A DNA stretch of 64,000 bases from the NCBI GenBank assembly GCA_012295275.1, contig CM022670.1:27590001-27654000 (forward strand). Direction: 5' to 3'. Position 1 is the stretch's first letter. Every line of letters begins with the position of its first letter. Positions 58,301-64,000 of the stretch are shown here, in pieces. The notes beneath the pieces were generated by a model. That model ran no database searches. It saw only the letters and a program-made list of their open reading frames with translations, and was not told where the DNA came from. The stretch comes from Chrysomallon squamiferum (Eukaryota; Animalia; Mollusca). The position numbers were made by a program, and so were the translations under genes.

Positions 58301-61300
58301 ATTGCAGTTATATGCAATGTAACAATGTAAAAATGAAATTACTTATTTAAATTTGAAATATACTTACCTACAAAGTACACTGTATATATTTAAGATTGTA
58401 AAATTAATTAAAACAAATCTGTCTATATTTAGAAAGTAATTTAACATAGTGTATATTTAACCTTTCAGTAATTTCTTGCATGATAGGACATTACTGCATT
58501 AGAAACATTTTGAAAAAGCTAAAGTAATAGTGAATACTAGAGAAACCAAAGACGTGGTGATGTTTTGTGAATAGCTAAATTTCTATTACGACATAATGTA
58601 CTCGAGGGTCATGATGATGAACATGCAAATATATTATTACTTTACCATATCATATTTCTTCTTTCATGTAATTAATTAGTGAATTTGTTTTTTTAAAGTA
58701 ATAATATTTAAAATATATATTAAGAATGGAAGATAATTTATGTTTTTATTTATTTTATTTTGTTTTATTAAATATTATTTAAAGACAAAACACTAAAGAT
58801 TTTAATTTATTTCAGTTTTATATTAATTTGTTACATAAATAAAAACACTAAAGTGGCTGTATGTCAAACTTCACAATTCTAGTTTGAACTATTTGTTTCA
58901 CACACAGACACACACACACACAATTGTATGCAGTTATATGTGCAGCAATGAATTATATCCAAGAGTTCAACCTGTTGATCTTAATTTAAATAAATTGTGT
59001 TATTATTGTATTCATTTTTGCTGTTATTTAAGCTGTTATAGACAGTACTATGTTGTTATCCTTTGTTAATGCTATTTTATTATTTTAGACATAGTTTGAT
59101 TTTATCTGTTATTGATTAATATAATACATGTGTACACAAATCATGCATGGAACTTTCACAGTAATATTGTATCATGTTTTTACTTATGACTAATCTCTGT
59201 TTCATTATCTTTCTGTTTGTGAAATTTATTTCTGTCAGTCATTCTGTTAATCTGAAAGTAAAGTTTTCTTTATTCATCTTACTTTGTCATTACAGTGCAT
59301 TGCTATTATTTATCTGTTGATCCTTCCACTCATTCACCCATCACCTGTTCCATCCATCCAGTCATACATCCCTTTGTCCTTGCATCCATCTATCCATCCA
59401 CCTTTTCATTCATCCAACCATCATTCAGACGTTCTTTCATCTGTCTGTCCACAAGACTATACTTCTGTTCATCTGTCTTTAAATCTGTTTTTTTATCCAT
59501 TACAATATTTTGTTTAGTGCTAATCTTTAAGATTTTGAACATTCTTTAAGGAATATCACTTGAAATGTTTATCATCAGTATTCCTGTTTTGATGTAAGTA
59601 TTAACTGTTTTCAAAACTTAACAACTCTATTGAAATCAGCAACAAATTGGTTATTATTAGTCCATTAACTATATTTTTTCTTACCCCAAATTACACAGAT
59701 GTTTAATAATACTGAGATAAATTTATTTTTATTTTTATTTTTATTTTTATTTTTTATTTTATTATGCTGATATTGAAATTTTCCTTCTATTATGACAGAA
59801 CATATAACATTAGTTCAAGATTGATTGTGTTTCACTATTATCTATAAAGAAATACAATGCCTAATCACAAAACCTTTTCAACAATTCAGCCATTCATTCA
59901 TTCATCATTTACCCATCTGTCTATCCCTTCATTCATCTAATCCTTTATTTTATTGATATCATAAAACAAATTTCCCTGTAAACATTTTTTCATTAATCTA
60001 TATATTCATCCATGCATCCCTTTATCTCTCATCTTACTTTATTTTTTCTCAGTCTCTTCACAAAATTTATGCTTTTTTAATAGTTTATAATTAATATTAG
60101 ATTGATTCTATATGTATATGATGATAAAACAGTAATATTTCATCATACTTAACAGGCCCGAGACAGATCTTCATCATTTTACTGGGACACAGTTTCACTC
60201 AGCAACATACTGTCATTTCTGTGGCAAGAAGGTAAGTCCAGATATTTTAAAAACATCACAAACAAATAGCAAAGCAGACATGATTTTATTTTATTGACTT
60301 TGTTTATAATCAGCACCCAACATCACAAATCTGGTTTATCAAAGGCTATATGGTATATGCTTTTCTGAAGAAAGAAAAATGCTTCTAAAAGGTTCTTTCT
60401 ATTAATGAAAATAAACAATAGATTTCATCTTGAGTTGATACTTCAGAAATAATAAATGTTTGACACCCAATCACAGATGATAGAAATTTAATTTCAGTAT
60501 ATTCTAGTATTGACACTAAACAAAACAAACATTATCTTCAAGAAAATCACAGCTCCGAATCATTAGGTTTCAGAGATTTTACTTTTAATTATTTTTCTGG
60601 ATGTTTATAAAAATAAGTAACCATTGGTTAAAATTCATTTCAGAAGAACTTTGTGAATTGGTTATCATTTTCAGATTATATCATCACAAAATACCTGTTT
60701 ATTCTGCAGTTGTTGTTCATTTCAGATATGGATGAAAGTTGCATTCCAGTGTAGTAACTGTACAATGATCTGTCACAAGAAATGTGTTGACAAATGTAAC
60801 AGTGACACAATCTGCACAGAGTAGGTTTATTATTTACCTTAGCTTACTTCTTTCTTTCTTTTTTATTTCATTTATTATCAGTGTTTTGGGAATCCAACCC
60901 AGTTCTTTGACTGTTTCAGAATTTAATATTATTATTATTTTTTTTTTTTTTTTTTAGAACTACACAGTAAATCTTTTGTGTGCTGATTGTGACCAGTTTT
61001 TTTATTTCCCATGTATTTTTTAATGACAGTCACAATATACTGAATTACAACAGTCTCCTGGCTTTCAAACCATACAGGCAGATGAATTGCTTGTGTCACA
61101 AACATAGAGGTTTCTCCATGCTACACAGAGTGCAATATATAATAAATCAAGATTGTAACATTTTTTTGTCTTCTAGCAGTAGGTACTCATTAAAAATAGC
61201 CTTCAAAGAAATACCATGGAATTGTGACACACTGTGTCTACTCTGTGCTTATTATTTCTGATATTTTATTGATTGTGTGTGTTTGTATAGAAAAGGACCA

Positions 61301-62242
61301 ATGAAACGTTCTGAGCCATCTGAGATGTGGGAAATACCTGTGAGTACAAAGAAGAAGGTCACACTGGAAGAGAGAGAGGTTACGAGTAGAACAGGCAGAC
61401 TGCTGAGCAAGTTCAGAAAGGAACCCACTTCCGTTTCTAAACCAGACTCTTTAAGTAAGTCACTGACTGGTATTGAAGTGTACACCTGCAGGTTAAGGTA
61501 ATGAAAGCTGTACTAGAGGCTTGTTTATTATTGAAACACATCCATGCCTATTTTTATCAGATAATATAGTATGACAGAATAATAATAGTCTGTTAGCTGG
61601 CATTAGTCCTTTTCATTGTGACATCATGTTGAATATGAGAGTTGTAAAAAAGCCCTAATTGACTAGGGATAATGCTGACACTTTTAGAAATTGACTAATT
61701 ATTTACCTTCATGAATTAGGGTATATGTAAAGGGAAACTATTCATTCATTCATTCATACACTGTTTTATTTTGTTTTGTTAGAAGCTGGAAAGAGTCTTG
61801 GAGGCAGTCCAACCAGAAAGAGTGATGACCAGTCTTCAACACCGAATCTCTCTCCCCGTCCAAGTCCCCGACCAAGCCCACAACCCCCAAGAAAATTTCC
61901 TTCCTTAATCCCAGATCCATCAAGTGTGTTAGCAGAGGCTATGGGAACTGCAGTATGCTGTCTTTTTCTAAAGTTTCCCTAATCTTATGTTCTTTAGAAC
62001 TGTTTAATTAAAGTCAGTTATATAATTTAAGATATATATAATTGTGTATTTATCCTTTCATTGTTGCATTTAAATTAAGAAGCATGTTAAATTAAAAAAT
62101 ATGTTAACAGTGTGTTTTTATTGAAAATCTGTTTTAATAGATACCATTTTAAATACATGTACTAAATTTTGGGTGGATGGGTGAGTGTGTAAGTGTAAAA
62201 ATTATCATAATTCAGGGTTTGGTTTCTTCATATATTTTTATT

Positions 62243-62274
<32 letters not shown>

Positions 62275-63344
62275 TTATGTTGTTTTATTTGATGTTGGAT
62301 CACTTTGTCGTTTATAGGATTTGAATTCCTGTGAAAGCTCAGATGACACTGACATAATGAAGATGATACAAGATCAGCAGGAAAAGGTCAAAGGTCAGAA
62401 TTTGGATGAGCTGGTCGTGACCTCAGCAAAACAGATGGGTCGTGAGCTTTTTGCTCATTTGGATGTAGAAGACAGAAAACAAAAACTGGATTCTCTGGTA
62501 TTAATTCTCTTAAAAATATTTTAAAAACAATTGGTGTCTGTTGTTTATGAACAAGTTTATGGAAATAGTTTCACTGTTACTCAAACAAATTTATGATTAA
62601 CTTCTAATAATTGTAATCAGTAACATTAAAATGTTAATAGACATTCACTCATATATTATGTGGAAATATTCATTAATACTGATTCCTTATTTCACTGAGT
62701 CATGGAAAGATTATAACAATACATATAAAACATTGTAAAAATCACTGCATTTTCTACACTTTCAAATGACCACAATTTCATAAAGACTAAATTGTCACAC
62801 ACACATATGTAAAGCAAAATCAATAAAATTATATATCATGAAATTAATTTATATAATTTGTTAAAATATTTTTTTTTTGCAAAGAGATTGTAAAAAGAAT
62901 GTTTTATAGTACTATTTATCTCTGTGATTGTATGTCTGTTTGTCTGTTTGTGTATTAATTAAGGTATTGCGACTGCAGCAAGAGATTGACCAAGAAACAG
63001 AAAACAAAAATTATCTCTGTCTTGCACTTGACACGGAGACTGATTCTGAAAAGAGGCAGATTCTTGAAAACAAACTTAACAAATCAGACGAGAAATCAGA
63101 AGCACTGATGATGTTGCTACTTCATTACTGTGCAGGACTGCAACACTGCTTGGATTTGGAGGAGGAATTGCGACAGAAGAGTGACATGCCAGGGGAGACA
63201 ACTGGATGTGAAGAAGCAGCAGCTGGAACTGATGATGCAATAAGTGAAGAAACTGCAGCAAATGAGAATGAATTATCCAGCAAAGATGATGAATTATACA
63301 GCAAAGATGATGATGTTGGCGATGCTGAATCTTCAGAAATATGA
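45504..63344 (+). CDS. PDZD8: PDZ domain-containing protein 8 (TM-SMP-split C2/PDZ-C1-coiled coil), 22 coding exons, ~1055 aa
   Basis: Exons 45504-45698, 46610-46725, 48549-48627, 49112-49198, 49518-49694, 50144-50224, 50515-50728, 51508-51617, 52647-52733, 53248-53330, 54112-54181, 54711-54971, 55453-55545, 56034-56177, 57116-57222, 57834-58031, 60156-60231, 60726-60820, 61291-61454, 61783-61952, 62318-62497, 62964-63344(TGA); 3168 nt in frame. N-terminal TM; SMP ENCLWFNLLTQFLFRELRD..PFTHWSFSFYEDP..IRKKHTLP; C1 HHFTGTQFHSATYCHFCGKKIWMKVAFQC..CHKKC; C-terminal GRELF..LQQEIDQE..MLLLHYCAGLQHC. Confidence 0.95.
56204..56430 (+). repeat. 39-bp minisatellite (about 5.5 copies) in PDZD8 intron 14
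   Basis: ctgatttctt(a/g)ttttcttc(ag/ta)ttttatgtatt(t/c)tattttta at ~56204, 56244, 56284, 56324, 56364, 56406; spacing 39-42 bp. Confidence 0.9.
60312..60530 (+). mobile_element. Possible degenerate SINE in a PDZD8 intron
   Basis: ctggtttatcaaaggctatatggtatatgc ... aaatgtttgacacccaat ... aaacaaaacaaac tail resembles molluscan SINE bodies from memory only; not verified. Confidence 0.3.
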
Positions 63345-64000
63345 ATGGGTTTTTTGAGAAATAATGTGAGAATATGATGTTTATTTCCAGGAATAATTTA
63401 TTTATTATTTACTGTGTCTGTGGTTGTGTTTAAAAGTGATGTATGCTAAGTGTTTCGATATCTGCACCAAATATGTGTTGTTTTTAATTATGTGATTATA
63501 TCGATCTCTTTGTTTTATCTTTTTATTTGTCCAGTGGTGATAATTATATTTCCTAATAAATCTTACATATAATAGACAAATATCCACTTTCATAATTAAA
63601 GATAAGTGGTAAGGAGTTTGTGTTACTCCATAATATCACAAGTCTGGCTATTTTTTGATGATTTATTTTTCTGTTGCTTTTTTTTAGCTTTTGATAGGGT
63701 GAAAATATGTTAGTCTGATAGAAAGATAAAACACAAATAAATATATTTCTTCAACATTTTGGAAATTATTGTTTTTCTTTTACATTCCAAATTATTTAAT
63801 TCCTTTTCCTATTATCATGTTATTAATCAAGATTTGTTAAGATCTGAAAAATATATATTAGAGAAATACACTCTACATATAATAATAACAAAGAAAAATA
63901 TTTTAAAACCTCCTTGTATTAGTCTCCTAAATTTCTATATGAAATGTATCAATAATATCACATGCAGTCATTTATAATAAATATACAGTCATGTTCACAA

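Overview
AT-rich, microsatellite-rich, intron-dense animal genomic DNA (lophotrochozoan, probably mollusc; inferred, not proven) with one 200-N scaffold gap at 6181-6380. Five protein-coding loci were rebuilt exon by exon from GT-AG junctions with consistent reading phase: (1) the 3' half of a CDC14 phosphatase (minus, 1669-5995), whose first visible exon opens with an in-frame TGA and whose 5' exons are missing; (2) a complete DEPTOR-like gene (DEP-DEP-PDZ, plus, 18356-25043); (3) a secreted chimeric F-type + C-type lectin (minus, 26095-29852) with a remodelled fucose site and a Merlin DNA transposon relic in intron 1; (4) SH3RF1/POSH E3 ligase (plus, 31815-38339); (5) PDZD8 (plus, 45504-63344, 22 coding exons). 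Repeats include a ~520-bp tandem array in opposite orientations on either side of the CDC14 fragment, and a 137-bp to ~1.4-kb higher-order satellite at 8.5-13.6 kb. There are also LINE and hAT relics and four local duplications of splice junctions. I found no clearly new multi-gene system. The best leads are the FTLD-CTLD lectin, the CDC14 stop/inversion, the Merlin relic and the duplicated splice sites. All coordinates were counted by hand.
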